IMG/VR virus record: IMGVR_UViG_3300035662_000021
DNA length: 64,000 bases
Source: an uncultured virus (IMG/VR IMGVR_UViG_3300035662_000021)
Lineage: Duplodnaviria > Heunggongvirae > Uroviricota > Caudoviricetes
Strand: one strand, 5' to 3'
Shown: piece by piece, positions 46,404-56,369 of the stretch
Layout of the letters: each line of letters begins with the position of its first letter
How positions within the stretch are numbered: position 1 is the first letter of the stretch
Notes under the pieces: model-generated
What the model was told of the DNA's origin: nothing
The model's input: only the letters and a program-made list of their open reading frames with translations
Database searches by the model: none
Made by a program: the position numbers and the translations under genes

Positions 46404-47198
46404 TCACGCCACCAACAGCCCCATCTGCAGCGCCGTCGCCTCGATCGCCTTCCTGCTACGGCCGCGTGGCCGCCGTGCTGGTTTCTCCACTGCCACGGTC
46501 TCCACCTCCACCGCCAGCGCCAGCTGCAGCACCTCCGACGGCCGGCGCCCCTGCAGCAGGGCTTTCATGCACCGGTGGAACTGCTGCATTGGCCCGGCAG
46601 GGTATGCCAGGCGCCGTGGTGCACCCCACCAGCTGAGCAGTGACGTGCGGTCGCCCTTGTGGATGCTGTCCCAGGCACGCAGCACCAGTTCCTTCAGCGG
46701 GTCGATCCGTGGCAGCTCCAGCTCAGGCGTGCTGTAACCATCAGCGCCGTGGATGTCGTCGAGGTTGGATGTGCCCGTCATACTGGCGAGCATCTCGCTG
46801 AGCTCGCTGATCGTGAGGCCAGACTGTTCAGCCACGTCCTGAGCCGACAGGTCAGGGTCTGACATGAGGCGCTGCACCTTGCCCCACTTCTCCCGCCACT
46901 TGGTTGGGAACTTCATGGCGAACCCACGATCGCGGAACCAGTGCAGGATCTCCCCTTGGATGAACGGCACCACGATGGTGGATAAGGCGTAGGGTTTGCC
47001 TGAACCTGGGTTGAGGCGGTCGGGGTCATACCGCCGGCAGCCACGGATCAGGCCGACGTAGGCGATCGCCTCCAGCTCGTCATAGGGCTGGGCGGTCTTG
47101 CGATGGAAGCGCCAAGCGGACTGCCGTGCCAGGCCGAGGTTGGCGGTGATCAGATCCTCGCTGATCGCGGTGGGGGTGGGGAAGGTGGTTGCGGTCAT
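46404..47198 (-). CDS. Phage-encoded sigma factor (SigF/SigB-like)
   Basis: NLGLAR, DELEAIAYVGLI..YDP, LSTIVVPFIQGEILHWFRD. Confidence 0.88.
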   Translation of the reverse strand: MTATTFPTPTAISEDLITANLGLARQSAWRFHRKTAQPYDELEAIAYVGLIRGCRRYDPDRLNPGSGKPYALSTIVVPFIQGEILHWFRDRGFAMKFPTKWREKWGKVQRLMSDPDLSAQDVAEQSGLTISELSEMLASMTGTSNLDDIHGADGYSTPELELPRIDPLKELVLRAWDSIHKGDRTSLLSWWGAPRRLAYPAGPMQQFHRCMKALLQGRRPSEVLQLALAVEVETVAVEKPARRPRGRSRKAIEATALQMGLLVA

Positions 47199-47518
47199 GG
47201 CGAACAGCTGGTGTTGCAGTCTTGAATCGGAACCACCTCGCCTGTGCTGTGGAGCACAGCAGTCGATGAACACATCAGGGCCGAGTCACGAATCATGGCG
47301 AACGCGACACCGCCAGTGGGGCAATGGCGCAGGACGTGAGAAATGAGCCCGATCGCGCTGTGTTCAGCTACGCAGCGGTTGAGCTGGGCGGGAGTGCCGT
47401 CACAGGTGCGGAGGATCTCGATCTCCGCATCCGTCAGCGGCGTGGTGGGGATGAGCGTGCAGGGATCGCCGTTCCAGAGCGGGTAGGTCTTGCGGAACCA
47501 ATGGCAGTCGGCGGTCAT
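47195..47518 (-). CDS. Hypothetical protein
   Basis: Coupled to the sigma gene. Confidence 0.55.
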   Translation of the reverse strand: MTADCHWFRKTYPLWNGDPCTLIPTTPLTDAEIEILRTCDGTPAQLNRCVAEHSAIGLISHVLRHCPTGGVAFAMIRDSALMCSSTAVLHSTGEVVPIQDCNTSCSP

Positions 47519-47639
47519 GGGTGGAAGGCCTCGCGCTCACCGTTGCCAACGATGTAGGCCACATCCCCACTAGGCGGCAGCAGGCGGCCTTTCAGGTGGC
47601 GAACAAAGTCACCAATAGCCCAGAGGGTTAAGTTCCTCA

Positions 47640-48002
47640 TCACGACTGCACCTCTGGCTGCCGTGGGGTGATCGTGAGCGGCTCATGGCGCGACTGAAGC
47701 TCGGCCAAGCTGCCTGAGCTAAGAGGCAGCTGAATGCGATGAACAATCAAGGGTGAAGACCGTGAGCTGCGAGTAAATCGATAAACTGCAGCTTCATTGC
47801 CAGCGGCAAACGCATCAAAAAAGGCGCCCGAAAACTCTTGGCCGCGAATGGTGTAAGTGTCGAGAAGCGGGTTATAAAACCTGCATCCGATCGAATCCAA
47901 GGGGAACAGGCAAGACCTGACAACAACTGCCCACCAGGGCGATATCTGATCTGGTGGGACTCCGCGTGTGATCAAGCGGAAGAGTCGTATGCGGATGGCC
48001 AT
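47640..48002 (-). CDS. Hypothetical protein
   Basis: Ends QPEVQS; lower GC. Confidence 0.55.
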   Translation of the reverse strand: MAIRIRLFRLITRGVPPDQISPWWAVVVRSCLFPLDSIGCRFYNPLLDTYTIRGQEFSGAFFDAFAAGNEAAVYRFTRSSRSSPLIVHRIQLPLSSGSLAELQSRHEPLTITPRQPEVQS

Positions 48003-48065
48003 AGCGTGTGCGGTGGGTAAGTGGTTAGGCGTTGAGAAGGTGACGCAGGGGGTCGCAGGAGCGCT

Positions 48066-48320
48066 TCAAGTATTGGCATGGGTCGCTTCCGGCTTTCCAG
48101 TCAACCTGTCCCTGAGAGCCGCAATCGCCGCGTCAACCTGATCTGCCTCGCAGAACATGTGAAGGGTGTGATAGGCGTCGATTCGAACCGTAAGCTGAAC
48201 CATCGGCTCATAAAAGCTATGCACCTCGTCGGCGCAGCATTCCCAATCACCTAGATCACTGACGACAACTTGGCGGCTTTTGCGCTTAGGTGGGAGCTTA
48301 ATGTCGTGGAGGACGCTCAC
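48066..48320 (-). CDS. Hypothetical protein
   Basis: Coupled ORF. Confidence 0.55.
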   Translation of the reverse strand: MSVLHDIKLPPKRKSRQVVVSDLGDWECCADEVHSFYEPMVQLTVRIDAYHTLHMFCEADQVDAAIAALRDRLTGKPEATHANT

Positions 48321-48562
48321 GACTGCACCTCTGGCTGGGGCTCACGCCTCTGCAGAGTGTAGGTGGTCTCACCAAGTTGGATAGCCTCGACGTTCTCGGT
48401 GACGTACCACTCGCTCAGTGCGTCGATTTCCTCTGCTGTGAGGATTCGTTTAATCGTCATTTCCGCCAAGCCAGTGGCAGGCAGCCGGATGGTTACATCA
48501 GTGACGTTGCCTGGCAGGTTGAGAGCCTTGGCTAGGCGGTGAAGGGCGGGTTGGTGGGTCAT
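48317..48562 (-). CDS. Hypothetical protein
   Basis: Ends QPEVQS. Confidence 0.6.
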   Translation of the reverse strand: MTHQPALHRLAKALNLPGNVTDVTIRLPATGLAEMTIKRILTAEEIDALSEWYVTENVEAIQLGETTYTLQRREPQPEVQS

Positions 48563-48584
48563 GGAGTGTGCGGTGGGTAAGTGA

Positions 48585-50171
48585 TCACCTGAAACCCGGC
48601 ATCGTGGAGAGCCGGCGCTGCCTGGGTTTGAAGGTGTCGCGGTCAGCGAACGGGTCTGGTGGCGGTGCACCAGACCCGTGGCCGTAGTGGACTGTGGAGA
48701 CGCGCATCGGGCCGGTGCCCTGCACGTGGTTCACCAGCTGGGTCATGGCATCCACCTGGTCGTCGTAGGTGTCGCCGGGGAACTTCAGCAGCTGAGACAC
48801 GATCAGCGGCGTCAGCGGGTGATGGCGAGGCAGGAACACCCGGCCCTGGTTGAACTGTGGTGTGGCGGCATTGGCGCGGCTGACCTTCCCGCCATCGGGC
48901 TGCACGGCGTGGAGGGAGTAGGAAACGGCGGCCTCCTTCAACACCGAGATCACGGCCGATCCGTTGGCCTTGTCCTCCACCAGCAGCTCGCCGAACTGCC
49001 ACTGCGGCCACAGTCCGGTGATTGCTTTCACCGTGGCGCTGAAGTCCATCCGGCGGTTCACCGCATCGAGCAACCACAGGCCGGCGTTGTTCTGCCCCCA
49101 GTTCTGCAGGGCTACCATGTCGGTGCCGGCGGTGTCCTTGAACGTGCAATCGATCGAGCCGAGCGTTCGCACGAACCGCTCGGGCAGCACCGCATCGCCC
49201 TCATAGCCAGGCCGGTCAGTGGTGCCGTAGAACCGGAACATCGCCTCACTGAAGATCGTGCCGCCTGATGGTGACGGCCGCTGCTGGTAGAGCGCCTCCC
49301 AGTCCCGCACCGGGGTGTTGAGCTGTTTCCGGCGTGCCCAGTCGGCATCGAACCGGTCAGGGTCGAGGGCCTCGCCAGGCTGGCGATCATCCGGCTCGCG
49401 GGTGCAGAGCGCCGGCAGCGGCACTTGGACCGGTTCGGCAATGATCGGCATGTTGATCACGTGCCAGGGTTCTGCGGCATCGGCGTGGCCGTCGCGCTCT
49501 AGGTCCTCCACCTGCTGCAGCAACCAGCCGATGAGGTCGGCATCAGCCCAGCGGGTGTGGGTGATGAGCTTGCTGGCGCCGGGTTCCTCGCGGGTGTTCA
49601 GCACCGTGCTCCACCAGTCATAGAGCTGCCTGCGGTAGGCGGCGGATTCGGCCTCCTGGCGGTTTTTGATCGGGTCATCAACGTTCAGGAAGTCAGCCGG
49701 CAGGCCGGTGCCTTTGCCGACGCCTGCACCCCAGAAACCACCAAGGGAACCAGCGACCTTCCAGCGGCCCTTGCCGGCGCTGCTGGGGTCGAGAGCACCA
49801 CCTGATGCGACGAAGTAATCCCTTGCGGCCTGGCCGAACTCTTCGGCGAGGGTTTGGGTGTGAGCGCCTTGGCCCCATGTGCGGTCGGGATACCGGCGGA
49901 GGAAGAAAGAGGGCAGGAACCGGCTGAAGATGGTGGACTTGTAGTGCCGGGGCGGCAGCATGAGCAGCAGCCGGGGGAGATCACCATCAGCAACACGCTG
50001 GCCGATCTCCACCAGGCGGGCGGTGTGGCGTGTGAACTCAAAGGCTGGGTAGACAGCGGCGATGTGGTCGCCGAAGGAGCGGGTGTAGGGATCGGGTGCC
50101 TGCAGGGCGTAGGACGGCAGTGGCTCCGTGAGCACATGGCCGCCTGATCGATCGGCGGTGAGGATGCTCAT
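48585..50171 (-). CDS. terL: Terminase large subunit
   Basis: LPPRHYKS, VDDPIKN, TRW..D, LYQQRP, VEDKANG, DDQVDAMTQ. Confidence 0.93.
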   Translation of the reverse strand: MSILTADRSGGHVLTEPLPSYALQAPDPYTRSFGDHIAAVYPAFEFTRHTARLVEIGQRVADGDLPRLLLMLPPRHYKSTIFSRFLPSFFLRRYPDRTWGQGAHTQTLAEEFGQAARDYFVASGGALDPSSAGKGRWKVAGSLGGFWGAGVGKGTGLPADFLNVDDPIKNRQEAESAAYRRQLYDWWSTVLNTREEPGASKLITHTRWADADLIGWLLQQVEDLERDGHADAAEPWHVINMPIIAEPVQVPLPALCTREPDDRQPGEALDPDRFDADWARRKQLNTPVRDWEALYQQRPSPSGGTIFSEAMFRFYGTTDRPGYEGDAVLPERFVRTLGSIDCTFKDTAGTDMVALQNWGQNNAGLWLLDAVNRRMDFSATVKAITGLWPQWQFGELLVEDKANGSAVISVLKEAAVSYSLHAVQPDGGKVSRANAATPQFNQGRVFLPRHHPLTPLIVSQLLKFPGDTYDDQVDAMTQLVNHVQGTGPMRVSTVHYGHGSGAPPPDPFADRDTFKPRQRRLSTMPGFR

Positions 50172-50488
50172 GAGACCAGCTTCGCCAGCCTGGCGGCGGT
50201 GTTGATCGCGCCCAGGGCAATGTGGTATTGCTTCGCCTTGCGGGCCTCCAGCTGCAGGGTGCTGCACTGGCTGAGCAGATCAGCGATCATCTGCGGGCGT
50301 TCTAGGTCCCAGTCGGCGCGGAGTTGATCGCGTGCGGCGGCGAGGTAATCACTGCATACGCGATCTGATACCCCCCACTTTTCAGCGGCAAATCGCACGC
50401 AATCAGAACGGCGACCACCATTAGCAATGATCTGCGCGAACTTACGGACGCGAAGCTCAAACTCTGCAGATGTCGCCCTGGCTGCCAT
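50168..50488 (-). CDS. Terminase small subunit-like HTH protein
   Basis: KWGVSDR..DYLAAAR; directly upstream of terL. Confidence 0.72.
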   Translation of the reverse strand: MAARATSAEFELRVRKFAQIIANGGRRSDCVRFAAEKWGVSDRVCSDYLAAARDQLRADWDLERPQMIADLLSQCSTLQLEARKAKQYHIALGAINTAARLAKLVS

Positions 50489-52038
50489 TAGGTTTCCGCC
50501 GGGAACGGCTCGCCAGTGGATTCAAGCGTTGCGGTCTTGCCGGTGAACTGCTGCCAGCGGCGAACGATCACGTCCACATAGACCGGGTTCAGCTCCATCG
50601 CGTAGCAGGCCCTAGCAGTTTTCTCTGCCCCCATCAAGGTGCTGCCACTGCCGCCAAACGGCTCGACGCACAGGCCGCCGCCAGGCAGGCTCGACTTCAT
50701 CACCCGCTCCATCATCACCACCGGCTTGGGTGTGGCATGGCCGTGGCGCTCGTCGCCAGTGACCCGCCCGAACTCCCAAACGTCGCGCATCACGTCGTGC
50801 GAGTTATCGAAGTAGCTGCGGGTCTCGCGCTTTAGCTGGTCGTACTCGCGCTTTAGCTGGTCGTACTCGCGCTTGAAGGCTTTACCTGCTGCAGCATCTT
50901 GGATCTTTTGGTATTGCTCAGCAGTAGGAAACGCCCACTGCGATTTGGTGACCCAGTGGCCGCCCATAAAGGTGTCGGTGGCTCTGTTTAGGTCGGCCAC
51001 CTTCCAACCAATCGACTTCATTTCTTGTTCTAGGTATGCACGCAGTGGCTCCCACCCTTGCCAGTAATCGGCGGCATTTACACTGCCTATTAACTGATTG
51101 CCCAACTGAAAAAACAGGCAGTGCTCAGTTGCAACGGGATAACAAGTGATGCCTTCTTTGCCCATCAAAGAACACCCTCCGCCACCTGCAGCCTTCTTGT
51201 CCCACACGATCTGGTTCCGCAGCTCCATCAGCTCGCTGCTGCCAAGTCCAGCCTTGTACCAAAGACGCCACAGCTCCGGTGCGTTGCCCCAGATATAGGC
51301 ACTGGCGTTGTCTTCCAGGAAGGGGCGGAAAGTCGCCCACCAATCCATCTGGAAGTTGTCGAGGTCGTCGTTGTAGAGGTTGTCGTTGGCGACGCCGTCT
51401 GATGCCTTGCCCATCCCGTAGGGCGGGTCCGCGTGCATCAGCTGCGCCTTTTTGCCATCCATCAACCGCTCCACCTCCGTCAACGATGTGCTATCCCCAC
51501 ACATCACCCGATGCTTCCCAAGCAGCCACACATCACCTGGCTTCGTGACCGGCTCCGCCGGTGGCTCTGGCACCGCGTCAGCGTCCGCATCCTCCGGCGG
51601 CAGCTCTTCCGCCTCGGGCATTAGCTCTGCCAGCTCATCGCCCGACCATCCCAGCAAGCTCAGATCGAAGTCCTCGGTTTGGAGCGCCTGCAGCTCACCC
51701 ACCAGCACGGCATCATCCCACCCAGCATTCAGCGCCAGCTTGTTGTCGGCGAGCACGTAGGCCCGGCGCTGGGCCGGTGAGAGGTGATCGAGCACCACCA
51801 CGGGCACGGTTGCCATGGCCAGCTCACGGGCGGCCTGTAGGCGGCCGTGGCCGGCGATGATGCCGTCTTTACCGTCAACCAGGATCGGGTTGGTGAATCC
51901 GAACTCTTGGATTGAGGCAGCGATCTGCGCAACCTGCTCAGCGCTGTGGGTGCGTGCGTTGCGGTCGTAGGGGACCAGTCGATCCAGCGGCCAGTGCTCA
52001 ATGCGCTGGGCGGCCTGTACAGCGGCTGCGGCTGGCAC
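50488..52038 (-). CDS. ParB-like domain fused to N6/N4 DNA methyltransferase
   Basis: NARTHS..EFGFTNP..IIAGHGR; DPPY; HATPKP; EPFGGSGST. Confidence 0.9.
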   Translation of the reverse strand: MPAAAAVQAAQRIEHWPLDRLVPYDRNARTHSAEQVAQIAASIQEFGFTNPILVDGKDGIIAGHGRLQAARELAMATVPVVVLDHLSPAQRRAYVLADNKLALNAGWDDAVLVGELQALQTEDFDLSLLGWSGDELAELMPEAEELPPEDADADAVPEPPAEPVTKPGDVWLLGKHRVMCGDSTSLTEVERLMDGKKAQLMHADPPYGMGKASDGVANDNLYNDDLDNFQMDWWATFRPFLEDNASAYIWGNAPELWRLWYKAGLGSSELMELRNQIVWDKKAAGGGGCSLMGKEGITCYPVATEHCLFFQLGNQLIGSVNAADYWQGWEPLRAYLEQEMKSIGWKVADLNRATDTFMGGHWVTKSQWAFPTAEQYQKIQDAAAGKAFKREYDQLKREYDQLKRETRSYFDNSHDVMRDVWEFGRVTGDERHGHATPKPVVMMERVMKSSLPGGGLCVEPFGGSGSTLMGAEKTARACYAMELNPVYVDVIVRRWQQFTGKTATLESTGEPFPAET

Positions 52039-52097
52039 GGTGGCGGTGCGGTGATCGGCTACAGCTTAGCCCCCTGCGTAGCGGTTGTGCAACCGCA

Positions 52098-52964
52098 CTA
52101 CACGGCGGGTTCCAGGGCGATGTCCACGCCATCAGGGCCGGGTGTGAGGCGCAGCCAGACACCACCGAGCGATTTGGGCATGACGATCCGCTCGACGGCC
52201 CAGCCAGAGCCGTCTGCAAACTCTTCCTTGTAGGTGCCGGTTTGGACGTGCCAGCGCTGTGCGATGCGTTGGCGGCCGGCTTGGGTGAGGCGGTAGCAGG
52301 GGTGAGAGACGATGGTGCGCTCGTGGTTGTGGCCGTTGACGTAGAGGTCGGCTTCAGCGACGGCTGCATAACGCATGCCACCGAGGGTGCCTTTGGTCAC
52401 GATGCCGCCCCATGCACCGTGATGAAAAAATAGGGCAACGCGGCGGGTGCGTTCAGAACGGGTTTTGCCAGGGCGGTAGAACGTGAACCAGAGCCAGCCC
52501 TGGTACCGCATGTGCTCGACCGGTGAGCTGTAGCGATCCCGCATGAGGCGGGTCATGTTGCCGAGCGGGTCGATTTCGTTGTGATTGATGATGGCGGTTT
52601 CGTGGTTGCCATCGGACATCATGAGAATGGTTTGCGCGAAGGGTTTAAGCCATTCGGCGCATTCGCTGAACACTAGATCGAAGTAGTTGCTACCGAGGTG
52701 CTCGGGGCGAATGGAGCCCTTGGAACCACGACGGTCTTTCTTGCCCTGCATGAGGCAGAGGACATCACCAAAGAACAACGCATGACCACCGATGCCTTGA
52801 ACGTGTTTGAGGTGTTTGCGTAGGAGGTCGCGTTGGCAGTGCGGGTTATCGAGGTGGATGTCTGAGGCGAGGAGGAAGGTATGGGGTTCGGCGTGACCGT
52901 ATGGGATACGGATGTCCAGCAGCTCAGGTGAGCGACGAACCAGGCGGATGGATGGTGTCGCCAC
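52098..52964 (-). CDS. Metallophosphoesterase
   Basis: SDIHLD, GD, GNHE, HHG, GHNH. Confidence 0.85.
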   Translation of the reverse strand: MATPSIRLVRRSPELLDIRIPYGHAEPHTFLLASDIHLDNPHCQRDLLRKHLKHVQGIGGHALFFGDVLCLMQGKKDRRGSKGSIRPEHLGSNYFDLVFSECAEWLKPFAQTILMMSDGNHETAIINHNEIDPLGNMTRLMRDRYSSPVEHMRYQGWLWFTFYRPGKTRSERTRRVALFFHHGAWGGIVTKGTLGGMRYAAVAEADLYVNGHNHERTIVSHPCYRLTQAGRQRIAQRWHVQTGTYKEEFADGSGWAVERIVMPKSLGGVWLRLTPGPDGVDIALEPAV

Positions 52965-53045
52965 CGGTTGATGGTGTCGGTTGCTGCAGGTTGCGGGGTT
53001 GGGTTAAGCCGTCACTGAGGGCTGATTTTGGCGTGGATGTGGCGG

Positions 53046-53325
53046 CGGACGTAAAAACCCAGGCTGTGACTGGGTTCGGACGCAAGTGCAGGCAAGTCGG
53101 ACGCAAAAAACCTAGTGATAGCAAGGGAGGACGCAAAAACGGGATTTCCCCTATCCCCCCTATTAATTTCATAATGTTCACTACGATACATTCCTGCATG
53201 TTTTTTTCTCTACTTGATTTTATTCCTTGACTTGCGTCCGAAAGGTGAGAACCTTAATGGATACTGGGTTTTTGCGTCCGCAACTTGCGTCCGACTTGCG
53301 TCCGAACGGACGCAACTAGCGTCCG
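53046..53325. repeat. Putative replication origin with GGACGCAA iterons around an AT-rich core
   Basis: Forward copies at 53078, 53099, 53129, 53308; reverse at 53232, 53272, 53285, 53296; AT-rich 53161-53230. Confidence 0.75.
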
Positions 53326-53328
53326 TGA

Positions 53329-55731
53329 TCAGTGCCAGGTGTCTAGCTTGAGACCCTTAATGAGACGCTCGCGGGACCTGCCGTTGCCCCTGTCGGACGC
53401 AACTTTGGGGAAGATCTGCTTCAGCGCAGCGACCAAAAGACGGCTTGCCTTGACGGTGTGATCGCTTGGCTGGTCGATTACCCAGTGGCCTGCCTTGTCG
53501 AGGTAGCCCTCGTCGCGGTACCAGTCGCGGAGCCTGTCGTAGACCGTGGCAACGGTCACCTGGCCGTCTGGGTCGTAGCGAAGGCCTACCGCATCGCAGA
53601 ACTCCCATAGGTGGCAGCTAGAGCGCCTCACCTCTTCCATCGCCTCGTGGCCGGTGCTGTAGTCGATGCCGTCTGAAACGGACAGCATCAGGCCTTCTAG
53701 GAGCCAGTTGAGGAAGGCAGGGCAGATCATCTCCTGGATGAACTCAGGGTCATCCTTGAGGCGCGGATCGGCCTGGATGTGGTTCGGTTCCGTTGGTGTG
53801 GCCATGAACGTCTTCATGAACCGGAAGACGTGAAAGCGGGTTTCAACGGCGATCTGATCGCCTGACAGCGAGGGGTCTTTGTTTAGGTTAAAAACGAACA
53901 GAGCAGAAGGTACAAATTGCGACTCTTGAACACCTTTCAATTCGTAAGACAGTTCTTCGCCGCTAATGGCTGCCTTAAGAGATTGTAGGTTGTCAATATG
54001 AACAAACTGGCTGTTTTCTGAAGACCAGTTGACAGATGCACCACGCAATGGGGCGATAGGAAACTTACGGCCGCTGTCATATTGACGGAAGTCAGCAAGT
54101 GTGCAAGAGGTAAAGTTACGGGCGCCGAGGGTATCACGCAGGGCCGTGCGTATGGTGTCTTTGCCGTTACTGCCTTCGCCAATCATTAGAACAGCGCGAG
54201 GTCTGCCACGTGATGCGCGATATTTGGCGAGGTGAAGACCGCTGCCTAGGATGCGTTGCAGGGTGTCACGATCACTGGGTTCAACGGCTTCTAAAAGCCT
54301 TGAGAGGTGCTGCGGATTCGCGCCAGGGTCGTAGTCGTACTCAGTGACATAGGTAAAGAATGTCTCTGGCGTATGCGGCTGAAACTGGATGTCAATTGCG
54401 CGGTCGTTCCATGTCCAGCTAACGATGCCATTGCGGCAGTTGATCGATGATTGGGGATTGACGGCAACGGGTGGCAGTAGCCGGCGCATCCATGCAAGGG
54501 CTTCATCGATATATTTCGGGCGCTTCCATGGGTATTCATGCTGACCAGTTTTGTGGTCAACAACATGGATAGAGGACAGAAATGCAGCCAGTGAAGGCGT
54601 AATTTCTTCATCTGCAACGGGTTTGTAGTGATTGCCGCTCCAGCAATGAAGGATGCCGTCTACGCAGATCCACTGCTGGGCGGGGTACTGGAAGACGTGT
54701 TCAACGACCAGATCCAACCATTCAGTTGTTGATTTGCTGGACAGCTGAAGGTTGATCGCCTGATCAGGGTCTGTCGCTGTAGTTGCTGGTGAGTGTATGC
54801 GGCGGGTTGGTTGTGTTTTGAGCGGTGGTGTGTTCTGGTAGCCGTGATACCGAGCCCAATACCAAAAAGTGCCAGGGTTAATTTTATCGCCACCTGAACG
54901 AGCGATTTGCGATACGTTCCAACCACAGACGCCGGATGGCGAATGTGACTCCATCAATGAGATCGCCTGATCTTCGCCAGCGATTGTTTTAAGGGACCAT
55001 AAGATATTTCTGTATTTCTCGTAAGTGTTATCGCCAGGCACCCGTTGTGGGATGTGTGATAGTGCGGCCTTGATTTCGTCTAGCGTGGCCGGTTCGTATT
55101 GCTGGTATGGTTCGCGTTGCGCTTTGGATTGATGAGCGTAGAAGGTGTCATCAGGCAGCGTTGCCTCAATGTCGAACACTTTGTAGCGAGTACCGGTAAA
55201 ACCGACGATCTTGCACATTTCACCGAGGCTGCCATCAGCGCCAGCGTGATAGGTGCCAGGCAGCCGCATGACGCGAGCGAGGTTCTTGGTGCTGCGGTCT
55301 GCGTCGGCGTAGTTGAGTAGCCGTGTTTGGATCAGCTTCCAGTGCTCGGTTGTGATGGCATCGGATAGCACCCAGTAGTTGTGAATTGATTTACCACCGG
55401 TCGAGACCTGCATGGTGGGTTCTGGTAAGCCCAGTTCCTGCCATGCGGTGAGCTGCCATTCAACGGGTCGATTGTCCCATTCGCAGAAGAAAGCGCGGCA
55501 GGTGGTGATGTCTGCATCCTTGTCGCCGCCGTCATTGATGACGACGTAGACACCACGGCCATCGGTTTGCCATTGAGTGACAAGGGATCGTGACATGCCG
55601 CCTTTGCGGCCCTGATCACCGGCCTTGTCAGGGTGTTCCTTGTGGAGGAATGCTCGGAGCCTAACGGTACCTGGCGGCTTGCCAAGCGCCTCTACAAAGC
55701 GCTGACCTTCAGCGAAATCAAGAGGTTTCAT
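53329..55731 (-). CDS. Primase-helicase (RepB-like primase, PriCT-2, D5/P4-type SF3 helicase)
   Basis: STGGKSIHNYW, RVMRLPG, GEGSNGKDT. Confidence 0.9.
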   Translation of the reverse strand: MKPLDFAEGQRFVEALGKPPGTVRLRAFLHKEHPDKAGDQGRKGGMSRSLVTQWQTDGRGVYVVINDGGDKDADITTCRAFFCEWDNRPVEWQLTAWQELGLPEPTMQVSTGGKSIHNYWVLSDAITTEHWKLIQTRLLNYADADRSTKNLARVMRLPGTYHAGADGSLGEMCKIVGFTGTRYKVFDIEATLPDDTFYAHQSKAQREPYQQYEPATLDEIKAALSHIPQRVPGDNTYEKYRNILWSLKTIAGEDQAISLMESHSPSGVCGWNVSQIARSGGDKINPGTFWYWARYHGYQNTPPLKTQPTRRIHSPATTATDPDQAINLQLSSKSTTEWLDLVVEHVFQYPAQQWICVDGILHCWSGNHYKPVADEEITPSLAAFLSSIHVVDHKTGQHEYPWKRPKYIDEALAWMRRLLPPVAVNPQSSINCRNGIVSWTWNDRAIDIQFQPHTPETFFTYVTEYDYDPGANPQHLSRLLEAVEPSDRDTLQRILGSGLHLAKYRASRGRPRAVLMIGEGSNGKDTIRTALRDTLGARNFTSCTLADFRQYDSGRKFPIAPLRGASVNWSSENSQFVHIDNLQSLKAAISGEELSYELKGVQESQFVPSALFVFNLNKDPSLSGDQIAVETRFHVFRFMKTFMATPTEPNHIQADPRLKDDPEFIQEMICPAFLNWLLEGLMLSVSDGIDYSTGHEAMEEVRRSSCHLWEFCDAVGLRYDPDGQVTVATVYDRLRDWYRDEGYLDKAGHWVIDQPSDHTVKASRLLVAALKQIFPKVASDRGNGRSRERLIKGLKLDTWH

Positions 55732-56366
55732 CAGATGCTGAAGGTTGGCGTTTCGCCGTGCTCAAAGCGGGCGGATCTGGCTGCGGCGCAAGCGTTGTGA
55801 AGCTTGTTGACTAAATCCTGATGTTGGTCAATAGTGGCAAGTATCGATCCTTTATGAGGGCGGCATAGGTTGCCAGCAAATCCATATTCGTAAGGATGCC
55901 CACCACCTCCAGGCGTGGACGAATCGCAGGGAAAGCAAAGATACTCCCACTCTTCATGCCGATTGAATGGAGCCTGTATGTCGCTTGGCTCTAAATAGCC
56001 ACCGCACCTAGGACATACAGATCGCCCGTCGCCGAACACGGCGAAGGGATCTCCGTGTACAAGTCGAACCTCAAGATTCATTGGCGCGTATCCATGCTCT
56101 CTCTCGTGGGAATAAATGAGCATGTCCGCAAACCGTTCAAACTTGGGACATGAGTCGGCGCCTAGCGGTTTGATCTCATACCAGTAGACAAGATCCCCAG
56201 TTGTGACACGGAAATCAGGCAGGTAGAACTCCCCGTCAAGATCAAAACCTTCGGGTTCGTATTCCCACTGAACGCCGAGGGTTTCAAAGAAAACCGCCCA
56301 GCGAGCTTCCAGCCGGCTACGGAAGCGATGGCCGTAGGCGCGTGTTTCGATTGGCTTGATCGGCAT
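55731..56366 (-). CDS. PD-(D/E)XK nuclease-like protein
   Basis: FRSRLEARWAVFF..WEYEPEG..YLPDF..EIKP. Confidence 0.82.
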   Translation of the reverse strand: MPIKPIETRAYGHRFRSRLEARWAVFFETLGVQWEYEPEGFDLDGEFYLPDFRVTTGDLVYWYEIKPLGADSCPKFERFADMLIYSHEREHGYAPMNLEVRLVHGDPFAVFGDGRSVCPRCGGYLEPSDIQAPFNRHEEWEYLCFPCDSSTPGGGGHPYEYGFAGNLCRPHKGSILATIDQHQDLVNKLHNACAAARSARFEHGETPTFSI

Positions 56367-56369
56367 TGG

